From Octopus sinensis (lineage: Eukaryota), in assembly GCF_006345805.1 (NCBI RefSeq), contig NC_042999.1, positions 93,620,001 through 93,684,000 on the forward strand: DNA of 64,000 bases. Reading direction: 5' to 3'. Positions within the stretch are counted from its first letter, which is position 1. Every line of letters starts with the position of its first letter. The position numbers and the translations under genes are program-made. Of the stretch, positions 1-13,229 are shown piece by piece. The notes below the pieces were generated by a model that was not told where the DNA came from, made no database searches, and saw only the letters and a list, made by a program, of their open reading frames with translations.

Positions 1-12
1 ATATATATATAT

Positions 13-47
<35 letters not shown>

Positions 48-116
48 GAATGTCTGTATATATAATATATATATATATATATATGTATGAATGTATGTAT
101 ATAAATATCTATGTAA

Positions 117-148
<32 letters not shown>

Positions 149-173
149 GTATGAATGTATATATATAAATATC

Positions 174-233
<60 letters not shown>

Positions 234-430
234 CATATATATTTTTTGTGTATATACATATGCATATAGATATAAAATGTTTATGAAGTATACATGAATG
301 TATCTAATAATGCATATATGTGTGTGTGTGTGTGTGTATGTGTGTGTGTGTGTGTGCGTACGTGCGTGCGTGTGTGTGTATGTGTATTCGTGTGTGAGCG
401 TATGTGCGTGTAAGTGTATGTGTGGATAAG
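1..430. repeat. Compound (TA)n/(TG)n microsatellite with a short internal duplication
   Basis: Direct reading. The motif gtatgaatgtat(g/a)tatataaatatctatgt occurs at about 85 and about 148. Confidence 0.95.
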
Positions 431-1307
431 AGTACTCACTGAAGACCTCACACACTACATATAGATCTTTAAATTGATTTCCGAAACATAAATTAAATCA
501 ATTGAGAATAATAACTTTGTGTGAAATATTAAAAAAATATGAAATAAAAGCAATTTCATATATTAAATGGAAAAATGGAAACATATCTTTATATATCATC
601 TCATTAATAAAGATGTGATGAGGAAATTCTGTAATATCTTCTGAGGTGGATTATAAGTATTTTTTCGTTATTTCTTCGTTTACGTCTTTATTTTGTCTAA
701 AATTGTTATATGAAGCGATTGCAACGGAAATATCTAAGGAATCAATAAAGGAAATATCTAAGAAAAATGCATATAATCTATTTATCTTGTTTCCTTGTTA
801 CGCTTGAAAAAATGTAATGTAGTATATGATGTATGTTGGTTTGTAATGCTTTCTGACAGATGTGTCAATAATTCATTTCCCTTTACAACATTTAAGATTT
901 AGTAGAATCAATTACAGCTGAAGTGATATATCAATTAAAAGTTCGATGTGTCGAAGTTAATAATACATAAAAGAACAAAATATCCAACAGAAAAGAAACG
1001 AAATAAAATAACCAAATAGTCCGGTAAGAAACAGCAGACAACCATCTCAATGGTATTTTCATATTAATGTTTTTACAATATATCAGTAGATGGTGGACTA
1101 AGTTTGCGACAAGTTTGTAAATCAACATTTAAAAGTAATTCACATCAGTTACGCTTCTTACCCCAAAATCATGAACATCAAAAAATCACCTCTCCCTTTG
1201 AGAATATATATGTGTGCATGTATGTGTGCATGTATGTGCGCACGCACTCACACGTATGCATATGTAAGTATGTATGTATGTATTATGTAAGTATGTATGT
1301 ATATGTT

Positions 1308-1386
<79 letters not shown>

Positions 1387-1689
1387 ATTTCAAACTTACA
1401 GAAAAACTAAAGACGAAGACAGGTGTAGGAACAACAAGCGAGTTTATTAGTTTGACGCTCGGGAAAAATGGAAAAGCAATTTATGTTTCGAACTTATGCT
1501 CTTCGACAGAAACGATTACGTGGAAATAAGTTTGGGTATAAAATATGTTCAGGTATAAAAAAAAACAATTTTACACTAATCTGATGTCTAACTCTATACT
1601 TTTGTAGAGTACAAATTTTTTAACACAATCTTCAACACACACACACATACACACAAAATATTGCTTTAAACAATATAAACGCTACTGCC

Positions 1690-2800
1690 AAAGAAATATC
1701 AGCTAAACTTAAAATAGAAGTTAGAGACAGTACATTAACACCAAAATACACATACATTACCATGAAAGACTAGAAACAAAACTTCAATACTAACTCATAC
1801 GTCAAACTTATAAATCCTTTCGAAATCTGATATAGGCATCTTTAATGAAGAAACGAAATAATTGGCAAATGCACACCAAAAATAAAAACAAGATCAACAC
1901 TAATTCTCTGGAATAAGAATTACGAATTAATAGATTGGTTCAAGAAAATTCCAACAATAGCGCATGCCATTTATTCCAGTTTCACCTAAAATACTATTGT
2001 GCGTCAAATACAAATCTTATTCTTATTTATATGTTGAACTTTGCTAAAACCACTACTACAATGAAGGACACTGAAATAGAATCAGTATTACAATATTAAT
2101 AGCTGCTCCTTCACGACAATGGTTTCCGGATTGAACACTCATGAGATCAAAAGTTTCAGCAGAGATAAACGACATCATGGGTTTTACATATTAAAGAAAT
2201 TACACAAGAAATGTCTATGCGACTCATCTAGTCTATATTGGGACAACGGTCTACTCGTACTAAATAACTACAACCAACAAGAGACTGATAAATGTAATGC
2301 GGGGCTACATGACTTCTTCAAAGCACTTATCTATAAACCGTACAAGAAAGATAGCAAAAATATTCGGTATATACATAAACGATCCAACCACTCTAAAGGT
2401 TTTATCAAAAACCTAGTAAAAGGCATTTCTCTCAGACTTTCCTTATCTTCAAATGACAAAATATTAAACAATATAATAACTCCATTTAACGAAGCTCTCG
2501 ATAATAGAGGTTACAAGGAAAAAGTACAATATGTGAGCAACAATCCTCTCACAATAAAGAAAATACGTACGAATAAAAATAAACAAATTATTTAATATAA
2601 TCCTAAATCAACATACAACTCTCTATACTAATAATTAAATTATTTTATCAAAATACTGCAGAAACACTTCTATCCAAACCACAAGTATGACAAACTAATC
2701 AAGAAACACAAAGTAAACCTGTCATACTTCACTACCATCACTTTTGGAAAATCCGTATCCAACTACAAATGCCACAAAGTTATATTTGGTGAAATTATAT
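1690..2800 (+). mobile_element. Penelope-like element (PLE) reverse transcriptase remnant, frameshifted
   Basis: Translations include KLINP-SKSDIG, WNKNYELIDWFKKI, the ORF 2119-2595 segment YKPYKKDSKNIRYIHKRSNHSKGFIKNLVKGISLRLSLSSN and KILQKHFYPNHKYDKLIKKHKVNLSY. These match the PLE RT thumb and linker motifs also seen at 35.5-36.1 kb. Confidence 0.8.
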
Positions 2801-2949
2801 TTGGTGAAGTAGAAATTCTACGAGAACCATTTCTGATCTTTCCGAAGATATAGTAAAACCCGAATCACGCTGATATGACTTTCCAGCCACAACTCTCTCC
2901 ACTCCACTAGACGATTGACCTCAGTCTCCAACAGCTTCACTTGCCGTGT

Positions 2950-3290
2950 GAATTGACCCTAAACCCCTCTTCAAATATCTGTGGATGAATTCTGCGTGCA
3001 GAGGCAGGCAAAAGTTTAAACTCGTCCATATCACATCTTACAACCTTTACAGTGTTCACAGAATATTGAGCAGCAGTCATAATATCGGCATTCGATATTC
3101 GGTATGAATCATCATGACAGGTAATTCTTATCTAATATCCAGATGACTTCCAGTCTTCCATATTGACTAAGTGTTTCTTTTACAATCTTACTCTTTATGC
3201 TCTCGAACGCCTTTGACTGTTTACCAATACTTCAAAATTCTCTTGAAAAAAGGGCAACTTAATAATTATGAAATTTAGCCTGAGAATCTT
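2950..3290 (-). mobile_element. Highly decayed LINE reverse transcriptase fragment
   Basis: Minus-strand SKAFESIKSKIVKETLSQYG resembles the LINE RT motif DxSKAFDxV..L..YG. Many stops. Confidence 0.4.
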
Positions 3291-3312
3291 GTATACATAT
3301 AGCACTCATTGT

Positions 3313-3500
3313 CAATCACTTTTGCCGAACCATTGTTACAAGGATGTAAACGGACCAACACCGTTTGTTATGTGGTAGTGAGGAAAAACTAATCCCCCCC
3401 CCCACACACACACACATATCCGACGGGTTTTTTTGGTTTCCAACCACCAAATCGCTCCGAGACTATATCAAAAGACGCATGCCCAAGGTGTACGCAATGG
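3313..3500 (-). mobile_element. SINE family A, partial degenerate copy
   Basis: Similar to 45532-45850 and 60145-60740 (cttttgccgaac...gacgggttt...accaaatc...gcccaaggtg). Confidence 0.65.
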
Positions 3501-5899
3501 ATCAGATAGTGGTTTTGAATATATTTGTGTGTCCCAGTGTATATGTGTTTTTTTACCAGATTTTAAAAGAGGTGGTTGATATAGCTTGTCGTACTCATTA
3601 ATATTATAGGTGAAAGGTCAAGTATTACACAAGCGTAGCCATGTTTTCAAATGCATTTATTCGTAAGTGCTACACTATGAGGAATTTAATTAAATTTATT
3701 GGTATTTTTCACCTGATATTGAATGGTCAGTAGATATGTACGCTTTAATCACAGAAAAGCAGTCAATAATTGCGCATGTGATGGACAGAGTTAATTAAAA
3801 CGTTATTCCGTTTAAAACGTAAGTGATATCAAGATTGATTGTAGCGGCTGTCATATCAAACACTCAGGCATAACACAAAGTTCCATATCAGATATATTTC
3901 AAACCATCCTAAATACGCTTGCATAAAATTGTTATTTTAGGCTCAAGAGTGTGTTCGAAAATGGTTGCATATTAAACTGTTTGAGACAAAGAGAAACCAT
4001 AGCATATTTTTTCATACTTCCAAGGCTTCGTGTGGGGAGACTATTTTACCATGTTTCAGAAAATGTTCACACCAATTCACTCCACATGCATACTTGATTA
4101 CCGGGGAGAAAGAGTAGTAATTACGTTAAATGAAGTTTGCAAAATCATCTATTTTCTACAATTCTTCTTTCTAAGAGAAGAAACTAATAAACAGTAATTA
4201 ATATTTCGCTCTACAATGCTTTTTGTTTTTTATATCATAAGCCATAACCAGATTTTTATTCTCGTTTAAAATTGTTTCAGTTTAATTGTCATATAATAAT
4301 TGTGAACCGGGAAAACCATGCAAATTAAACTTCGAATTCTACTTTCATTGCCAACTCAAATTTTGTTAAGATATATTATGCGTTATTGTAGATTAACTAG
4401 AAATAACGAAAATAAGCTAACGGCAACAGGGAGAGTGATATGAATTCAATAACCAGCTGCAACTAATTACAACCCACGTTTAGTGAACCGTGTAAATGCT
4501 GAGTAGGTAAGTTAATTTGATTATTTACTTAACCATGAGATCAAATCGAGGACATATGTGTCACTGTTAATCTAAGGAGAGCACGTTATCAAATTATTTT
4601 ATTGATAGACAGCCGCCTGTACTGGTATGCTGTATCAAATAGCCTCTTGTCGTATCCAAATATAAATTTATTCCTGAAATGCAACTACCATACACTTGTA
4701 CATAAATGCAAGAATACATTTAGAATACATTTGAAATAGATGTAAATACTTTGAATTATCCATATTCAATTACAGAGACTAGATGTATCAGGAAGTAGTC
4801 TGAGTTTATAATGCAGCCACGTAGTCGGCGGCCAAAGCTTATTATATTTTGAGACACATGTTAATGATTTTGTGAAATGCCTCAGGGCACACAGATTTAT
4901 ACAGGTCTGATATAAATATGGTATATTTTTCAAGTATTGACTTAACTTTTTTGACGCATAACATGCATAAATATCTGCAATTTCCTTCTACAAAGTTAGA
5001 TAGTTTGTGTACCTATCCTCGTTGGTGATAAAAGATGCATATCGCAAAAATAAGGCTGTTCCAGAACCCATCTGTTGGAGGGATTGTAATTATTTTCTAT
5101 TAATCTTAATTGTTATTCGATTAACATCAGTGCTATTTCTATTTATTTATTTATTTATTTTTTTGGTGAGAATGAAATTATGGGTCTGGTAGGTAAAGTA
5201 CTATAACCATTAGTGTATTAGTTCAGACTAAAAATTTCTCGTCTAAACTGTATCAAAGTAGTTTATTGATTTGAAATGGAATGGAAAAAGACAGATTTGA
5301 ATATATACGTAGAAGCATGGCGCATCGAAGCAGATGATGCAAAATATTCAATACGCCGATGTAACATGTGTATCACTGGATCGAAATAATGTAAACACAG
5401 ACAAGTGTCGTCATACCATGCAACTAATGATTTCATTTGTTGTATATAGGGCCCTCTTGTAAACGGTTCAACTGGATATGATAGACTGACATATTATATT
5501 ATTAATCGACAGTGGGACTTGGAATAATGTATAGTTGTTTTTACGCTACATCACTAAAAGAAAGTCACTCTGAAGCAAAGTAAATGAAAGAAAAATTGTG
5601 TAAACAACTCACACTAATTGTTGTACATGAAGTACGAACTGAAATTTGTGATACATATTTTATATAAACCAAGATTTGCCTTGATATGGAGTATTTCAAA
5701 TTCGGTGACCCAATTGCACATGGATGCACACACAGTACACCCGCGTTTATTAAAATTACCAGTAATAATATACATTTTCGTGATTTTTCTTAAATTGAAA
5801 GTGTAAGAAGGCAACCATTTTCCGGTAGTGATTTTTGTGAATGCCCCAAATTAGGCAGAACGAAGCAGTTCGCTTGTATGTATTATAATCACAATTTTA

Positions 5900-7600
5900 C
5901 TTACATCTTGACTGTTCTGTTGATGGTGAATAGGCATACGAATATATCAGGATCTTTCGGGATACACATACGTTCCGCAGATGTTGGTGCTGAACACTTC
6001 ATGAGGATTTACTTATTATGTTTATGTCTGTAATCACAATATTATGTATGTCATAAGCTCCGACAAGGAATTAGACCGTAATACTTTAGGTGTCAGATAA
6101 TTTCTTCTTTGTATGTTTATTATGGTAAATCCAAAGTCTAAATTTTGGTGCCGGGTAATTTCATTGCAATTTAAATACATAATGAAACGTGTAATTTCAT
6201 CGCCAAGCAAATATATCGTCAGTAAATTCTTCATGATTTTTCCTATGCATAATATAATTTTCCATCTAAACATTATGCAAATATTGACATCCTCGTGTTG
6301 CATTTTTCTTAACGGTGAAAGTGAAATTTGAAGACGAAAAACATTATCCAATTTATTCAATAAATTCCAAGGAAAATTAATCGAAAACTCTATTAAAAAT
6401 ATATACACAAAATATAGAGTAACGCCTAGTCATTTCAAATCGAAAGAAGGAAAATTGAAAAAAATTCTAAAAACATGATTTTGTATTGATTCTTCCTATA
6501 TTTTTCAGTGTTCGCATCCATTGATGATGTATTAATTTCTTATTACAATATAATTTTGTTTCCGCAGTATGATATTTATAACATCGCATTCTTTCTTTGT
6601 TCTTTCACTTTCCAAATCTTGCCAATTTCCAAATCATAAGATAGCTAGCTCTGATACGTCTGGTTAATAGTGGAAGCAACCTTTCACATGTAGTATTTGC
6701 CTTAGGCTCACCTTTGCGTACAGCAAAACAGATCCAAATTCCATGATCATACTGAGCAAGTTAAAGTACCAGGTGACGTGCTGGCTTTCTAATCAACATT
6801 TCTTCTATATAATATAGAAATAGCTTGGCTCCGACGGGAAAACCAATACAAGTGATGAATAAATTAGATTCAATAAATGCAAATTTTAGAATATTCATTG
6901 CAACATTTTGATGTAAACCATTTGTTTTAATAGATTTAATTACACATTTGGAAGAATAAGAAACATCTAGTTTGATCTGAAATTGAGAAAAATGCTCCCA
7001 ACGCAATATCATCACAAAATCCATCGCAATCATATTATATAAGTTTAGCCCTAAAGTTTCCTCATCTCAGGAAATCCTCCTACATGCTCATTAAAGCATG
7101 AAAAGAAGCAACACATCACCATTCACCGTGATATTGCACATCGTGTATAGCTGATTGAATGAAACCTAATCTACATAAGAACATTTCGCATTGTACAGAA
7201 ATTATAGGATTGTTTGAGTTAGAACTGAAATAATTCTGTCTGAGTCATCATCACTGTGGAATGGAACAAAATATGAGGTGGAAAATGTTGAGGTATTCAG
7301 AGCTGGTGTAAATTCAGGAAGAGCATGTATTTACAAATTACATTTCGAATTTCCCTTTTTCTGAGCATATATTGTAAGTAGCTCATTCAAAACTGCTTTT
7401 GGACAATGGAACCTAATAATGCAATGATGTGTTTCCCAAATTATGAGGGATTTAATTCAGTCAAATTTATAGTTTCGTGGCTTCAATAGGGTAAACTTTT
7501 GCCTGCTTAATTATATTTTCCAATACGTTTCGGTATATTTTGTTACATTTAGAAGTACCCTTACTTTTCAAACATCAAATGATCACAATGAATGAGTATT
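5900..7600 (-). mobile_element. Possible ancient CACTA/EnSpm-like transposase relic
   Basis: Scattered minus-strand peptides in the expected order: KAVLNELLTI; IRKPARHLVL followed by DHGIWIC..KGE (compare DAPARAF..GH.G..C..KGE); NLLTIYLLGDEITRF (compare NVH.L.HL.D.V.RFG). Many stops and frameshifts; resemblance judged by eye. Confidence 0.3.
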
Positions 7601-8518
7601 ATTTTTAAAGTTTATTCACTTGTGACATTGGAGAGCTAATTTCGTAACGCTTCTAGTTCGAGAAAAATGGCAAAATATTTCGTTCAATTGCAACACAAGG
7701 AACACAAATAACAATGCCAAAAACCGAAAATGGTGCATAATGGTGAAGTATTTATGCACGATGTACTTACTTACGCTGTAACATCATCGCGATCGCATAG
7801 CAAGGTGATAAAATGTCATATGTGTTTTGTTACAAAGTTACTCGGAATGACTTTTCCATGATATGTTCGCTGCAAATCAATCTTAATTTAATGTCTTACT
7901 CAACAAACGTTATTAATAATCTTGTCTTTGATAGAAATTAAAATAACCTATTCAGATATAAAATGAAAATTAGCTTATACAATTTCTTTAAAACATTCAA
8001 ATAATATACACATGTCAATTTTAATGTAAAATTACGACAAATTTCTATAAAATACTTATTACAGATGGCTATGCATGATTTTTTTTTACTTTATACACAC
8101 AATAGATTGGTAAGCTACTGCACAGATAGCTTTGGAAGTTTACTGTCCAAGTTCACCATCATTCAAGGGAACTAAATTATAAATGTCGTTAGATATATAT
8201 GGCCTAATATTATTAAACTACTATTTATCCTTGCTTTTATGTTTCATGCTAGCCAAAAGAGAGATCTTCAACAACAACAGCGTCACGAACAATGATGTAA
8301 CGTTAACATTGTCTGTGATCATTTATATTAGAATGTTCCGATGATATCATTTGAATGGACCAAGTTGTCAACATTCCAACTGAAATGCTTTTTAAAAGAT
8401 TTAGTCCTATTGTTTAGTTTTACCAAGTATTAATATCACGGGTGTGTTTAGGAAAAAAGAAAGAAAGAATAGAATATGTGTGGAGGAAAAGCGTTTCAGT
8501 TGCATAACCATTGTTCAA

Positions 8519-8521
8519 CAT

Positions 8522-8552
<31 letters not shown>

Positions 8553-8661
8553 AGTAGAGGTTACGATAGCAGCGGAAGCAATGGAAGTAGCAGCAGCAAC
8601 AGCAGTAACAGCTACAACCACAACACTATTATTATTATTATTATTATTATTATCATCATCA

Positions 8662-8713
<52 letters not shown>
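8519..8713. repeat. Compound trinucleotide array (ATC/AGC/ATT)n
   Basis: Direct reading. The (ATT)n part abuts the 3' end of a Dong-like copy. Confidence 0.95.
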
Positions 8714-8714
<1 letters not shown>

Positions 8715-8839
8715 GACGTTGCATAGTATAAAATGTCGTGAGGTTGTTGATTGAAGATATTGTGTCTACCGGGAGTTTGTCAAGTCACAGCGAGGACTTC
8801 GGACAGACAGTACTTTACGCAATATGCATGCAGTTCCTA
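8714..8839 (-). mobile_element. Very short 5'-truncated R4/Dong-like copy (C-terminus plus 3' UTR)
   Basis: Minus strand reads IGTACILRKVLSV, like the GTA.ILR C-terminal motif of the 60745-61500 copy (GTAGILR). A different 3' UTR follows, then (TAA)n. Confidence 0.6.
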
Positions 8840-8853
8840 TTATAATTATTATT

Positions 8854-10597
8854 CTGTTTAACTTTTGCTTTATGTCTGTACAAGTTGGCTCCAAGTCTCA
8901 CCCAGAGACCTCGAGAGACAACAGGTTGGAAGTTCTGTGTCATATATTTGGTTTTTTTTTTTTTGTTTTTGCTGATTTCTATTTCAAGATCTTTATATTT
9001 GCTCAGTTTTTGGTAGGTCTTGACAGATACGTTTATATCGATTGGGACAGTCATATCAATGAGGAGGCATGTTCTTTGTCTGAAGTCTTTCAATATGATG
9101 TCTGGCATATTTGCATCTATCTTCCTGTCAGTTTGAATGGTGAAGTTCCAGAGGAGTGAGATGTGGTCATTTTAAAGCACTGGAGGTGGATTGTGTTCCC
9201 ACCAGTTTTTTTCATGGGGCAAATCCAGGTTTTTGCAAATTACCCAGTGAATATATTGTGCAGCTCTATCATGCCTGTTGAGGTACTCTACAGGCGCTAG
9301 AAGACTGCATTTGGAGACAACATGATCAATGGTTTCATTTTGTTGTCGGCATACACGACATGTTGGGCTACTGCCGTTCTTTAATATGTTGGCCTGGTAG
9401 TTTCTTGTTGGTAGGCATTGATCTTGAGCTGCTATGATAAACCCCTCTGTTTCGGATTTTAAGCCAGAGGCCATTAGCCATTGGTGGGTCAGGGCTTTGT
9501 CAATATCTGCATTATTCGCTCTCTTTGGGTATTTGCCATAGAGAGGTTTTTCATGCCATTTATTATTCACAATATCTAAGGCCACAGTTTTGGCACGGGT
9601 TTTCATGCGCCTAGCTTTTTCTGTGCTTGTTTCTTGTATGTCTATCTCTAATTCCGAAATTGGTTGTATTCGGAATTCACTTAGATATTCCTTTGCCTGT
9701 TTTGTGACTGAGTATGATGCTTTCTTGTTTTCATGTTTTAAGACAAGTTTTAACATCTAATCCTCAGAGTTTTTCAGGTAGGTGTATAGGCCAATTGTAG
9801 CAATCTTCATTGTTATTGCCAGTTGCAAAAGACCACGGCCTCCCTCTTTTCTTGGCAGATAGAGTCGTTCTGTATCTGCCTTAGGGTGGTGCATTCTATG
9901 CATTGTCAACAGTTTCCTTATTTTTCAGTCGAGCTGACATATTTCAGTAATTGACCAGTTAACAATATTGAAACTGTAAGTCATGACTAGTATGGCTAAT
10001 GCATTGATCGCTTCGATCCTGTTTCTTGCATTCAGCTCTGTCTTGAGTATTGCTCTCACTCATCGATAGCATTCTCTCCTGATCCTTTCCTTCATCTCTG
10101 AATGCCTTATTCCGTTCCCTTCAATTACCCCTAGGTACTTGTAGCTCTCCGCTGGGTCTAGTTCTTTTATGAGATTCTGCTGGTCAAGGTTAACGTTAGA
10201 TGTTTCTGTCATTTTCCCTTTGATAAAGGTAGCTTTTGCACATTTATCGAGGCCGAATTGCATTCTGATGTCGTCACTGAATTGTTTGACTATCGCTAGT
10301 AAGCCCTTGAGTTGTTGGTCATTGACATATTTCAGTAATTGACCAGTTAACAATATTGAAACTGTAAGTCACGCCTGGTATGGCTAATGCATTGATCGCT
10401 TCGGCATTAGCCATACCAGTCGTGACTTACAGTTTCAATATTGTTAACTGGTCAATTACTGAAATATGTCAATGACCAACAACTCAAGGGCTTACTAGCG
10501 ATAGTCAAACAATTCAGTGACGACATCAGAATGCAATTCGGTCTCGATAAATGTGCAAAAGCTACCTTTATCAAAGGAAAAATGACAGAAACATCTA

Positions 10598-10598
<1 letters not shown>
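8854..10598 (-). mobile_element. R4/Dong-clade non-LTR retrotransposon, 5'-truncated, with a rearranged 5' junction
   Basis: ORFs 10060-10353 (DQQLKGLL..FGLDKCAK..YKYLG), 9172-9756 (ETEGFIIAAQDQ, CCHC knuckle CRVC..ETIDHVVSKC, RHD) and 8815-9108 (PDII..IDMTVP..K.SKYKDL, restriction-like endonuclease). ATT repeats on both sides. Confidence 0.92.
10196..10598. repeat. Long inverted repeat: 195-bp arms with a 13-nt spacer
   Basis: Arms 10196-10390 and 10404-10598 are reverse complements with 3 mismatches seen; spacer attgatcgcttcg. ORFs 10060-10353(-) and 10441-10812(+) share the same N-terminal sequence. Confidence 0.97.

Positions 10599-10654
<56 letters not shown>
10599..10654. repeat. (ATT)n microsatellite between two Dong copies
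   Basis: Direct reading. Confidence 0.97.
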
Positions 10655-11495
10655 GTTGTTTTCAATATTATTATATGTTTGACATTTGCTTTGTATTTTG
10701 TACAAGTTGGCTCCACGTCCCACCCACAGACCTCAAGAGACAAATTAGAAATTCAATTTGGTGCTATGCCTGGGATGTCATATATTTGGTTTTGAACATA
10801 GTTTTGTTCTAGATAATGTTTAAGAAAACATGAGGATTATGAGTTTGTTTAAAATTGGAGATTACATAGACAGTATCTTTTGAATTTCTGCCATTTTAGG
10901 GTTTGTTGGTAACTGAGCCTGGTATGAATCAGCCGTTTTGCTATCATTCCTAGGGCACCTATGATAACAGGTATACATAAACAGGTATGCATAGATTGGA
11001 AAATGCCAGAGGATTTTGCTTTTTCCGTGGTAGTAGTTTCAGGTCCATCATGTAACTGATCCCTTCCAAATTTGCAAGCTTCCTTGAGAAGAGAATGCCA
11101 TTTCTGTTTTGCTGCTTTCGTGTTTGCACACAAGCCGAAGCAGCCAATCCTCTGCATGAGATAAGCACTTGTTCATTGCCATTGTGAAGACCTTAGAACA
11201 TAATTCTACCTGCTTCATTCATTTTCTCCCATTACGTCTTGGTAGGAACAGGCATTCAACGTCTGCTTTTGGGTGGTGCATGTTCTTAGATGCTTGTAGT
11301 TTTCTTGTCTTCCTGTCCCGGCGTTGTAATATTTCTGTAATATTTCAGTTAATCATGTTAAAACTGTATTGGCCTAATGGAAGTAGCTTCGATGCGATAT
11401 TTGGCGTTGACTTTAGCTTTTTTTTAATATGAGTCGTATTGTTCTGTATTATTCCTTTCGTATTTTTTTCCTTCACATTATCATGTTGTTATGGT
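10655..11495 (-). mobile_element. Second R4/Dong-like copy, decayed and internally deleted
   Basis: Minus strand DRKTRK..NMHHPKADVECLFLPRRNG and IPVIIGALGMIAK. Its 3' UTR (gtacaagttggctcc..cagacctc(a/g)agagacaa) is shared with the 8854 copy. TAA repeats at both ends. Confidence 0.85.
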
Positions 11496-11509
11496 TGTTG
11501 TTGGTGGTG

Positions 11510-11582
<73 letters not shown>

Positions 11583-11586
11583 CATT

Positions 11587-11673
<87 letters not shown>

Positions 11674-11675
11674 TT
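11510..11675. repeat. (ATT)n microsatellite
   Basis: Direct reading. Confidence 0.97.
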
Positions 11676-11679
11676 TATT

Positions 11680-12090
11680 CGGTAGCAACCGGGTAAAATG
11701 TTTCTACGCCATTTCACCCGTCTTTACATTCTAAGTTCAAATTCCACCTAGTTCGAATTTCCTTTACTTTCTCCCGGGATCAATAACCGAAGTAACAGTC
11801 AAGAATTTGGATCATGTAAATGACAACACTCTCCCCAATAATCTCTCGCCCTGTACCTTCAGTAGAAAAGAGCATTGCTTTTATTAAAGTAGCGAAATGA
11901 CAGAATCTCTTGCAAGTAACAATATTATCAGCAGCAATGCTTCCGGAATTACATTCTAGTTATGCCGAGGTCGACATTGCTCCTCGACCCTCGGGGTAAA
12001 TAAAATAGGTACCAGTCGCACACTTGGGATGAGGTATTCAACTAGACACTCCACAAATTTCAAACCATGTGCCTATATAATTTAGGTGGT
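11680..12090 (+). mobile_element. Two adjacent degenerate copies of SINE family B
   Basis: Both contain variants of the B-box-like gttcaaattcc..gaggtcgac core and a gggg..taaaatag gtaccag segment also seen at 20293, 58170 and 61860. This resembles the Meta-type SINE central domain (inference). Confidence 0.6.
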
Positions 12091-12199
12091 TGGTTACTCC
12101 ATTTGCCAGTCACGGAGAAATTTTGCTGGGGTCATGCATAATGTTATTATAGATGTGTGTCAGTCTTACATGATATTGAAGAAAAACATTCATATAGAA

Positions 12200-12890
12200 A
12201 TTAGGAATTTTATCTTTCCTGTTGATTCCCATTTGCGGCATTTTCTCAGAGCAGTGCTGAAATTTTCAGCAGGGGTATTTTTCCATATTTACTTCGTAAA
12301 ATGTTCACAATATCTTACTTGTTGATGAATCCAGGGAGTGTTCAAGGTACATGTTTGTAGTGTTCAGGGTACATTGTGTCGATCCTCAAGTCTTTTGTAT
12401 TTTCCCTTCGGTAGGTGAGATCTTAGCAGCTATGTTAAATTATTTTAGATTTTGCAATTTTCCTGTAAACCCTTTTATGATTTTACCACATCATATTGCT
12501 TCCCTTGAAAAAGTTTAATCATTTTCAAGTCTCTTTATCCACGTCGCTTTGGCTTTGATAATTTGCTTAATTCTTGCAATTGCGTCATCTATTTCGCTTA
12601 TTTTTTACATGTTAAATATTCTCTTCAGTTATCTAACTTTCATTATATTGACTATTTATTTATTTATTTTTTGCTCTTGATACTCTTAACTATTCTAACG
12701 TTAAATCTGAGTACACTAATTGTATTTCTCATTCTCTCTTGTCATGCTGGTTTCCTGTTTATATTCTAAATCTTCCTCTTTACTTGAATACCATACGGTG
12801 AAGAGTTTAATGAAGCTGAAGCATAAAGTAATTATATAAGATCTACTTCATTCTCACACAAGATGGATCCTCTAATAGCATTTTCCTTGC
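12200..12890 (-). mobile_element. Decayed R4/Dong-like ORF fragment (region upstream of RT)
   Basis: Minus strand AIARIKQIIKAKATWIKRL resembles the LKQK.KA.A.RIRRY motif of this clade. Its 5' side lies next to (ATT)n at 12960-13215. Confidence 0.5.
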
Positions 12891-12959
12891 CACTATATGT
12901 ATAATTTTGTTTTGAGTGTGAATCTTGGATACTTCATTGCAATATCCTATTCGGTGTGC

Positions 12960-13215
<256 letters not shown>

Positions 13216-13229
13216 GTACCGATTGCACG

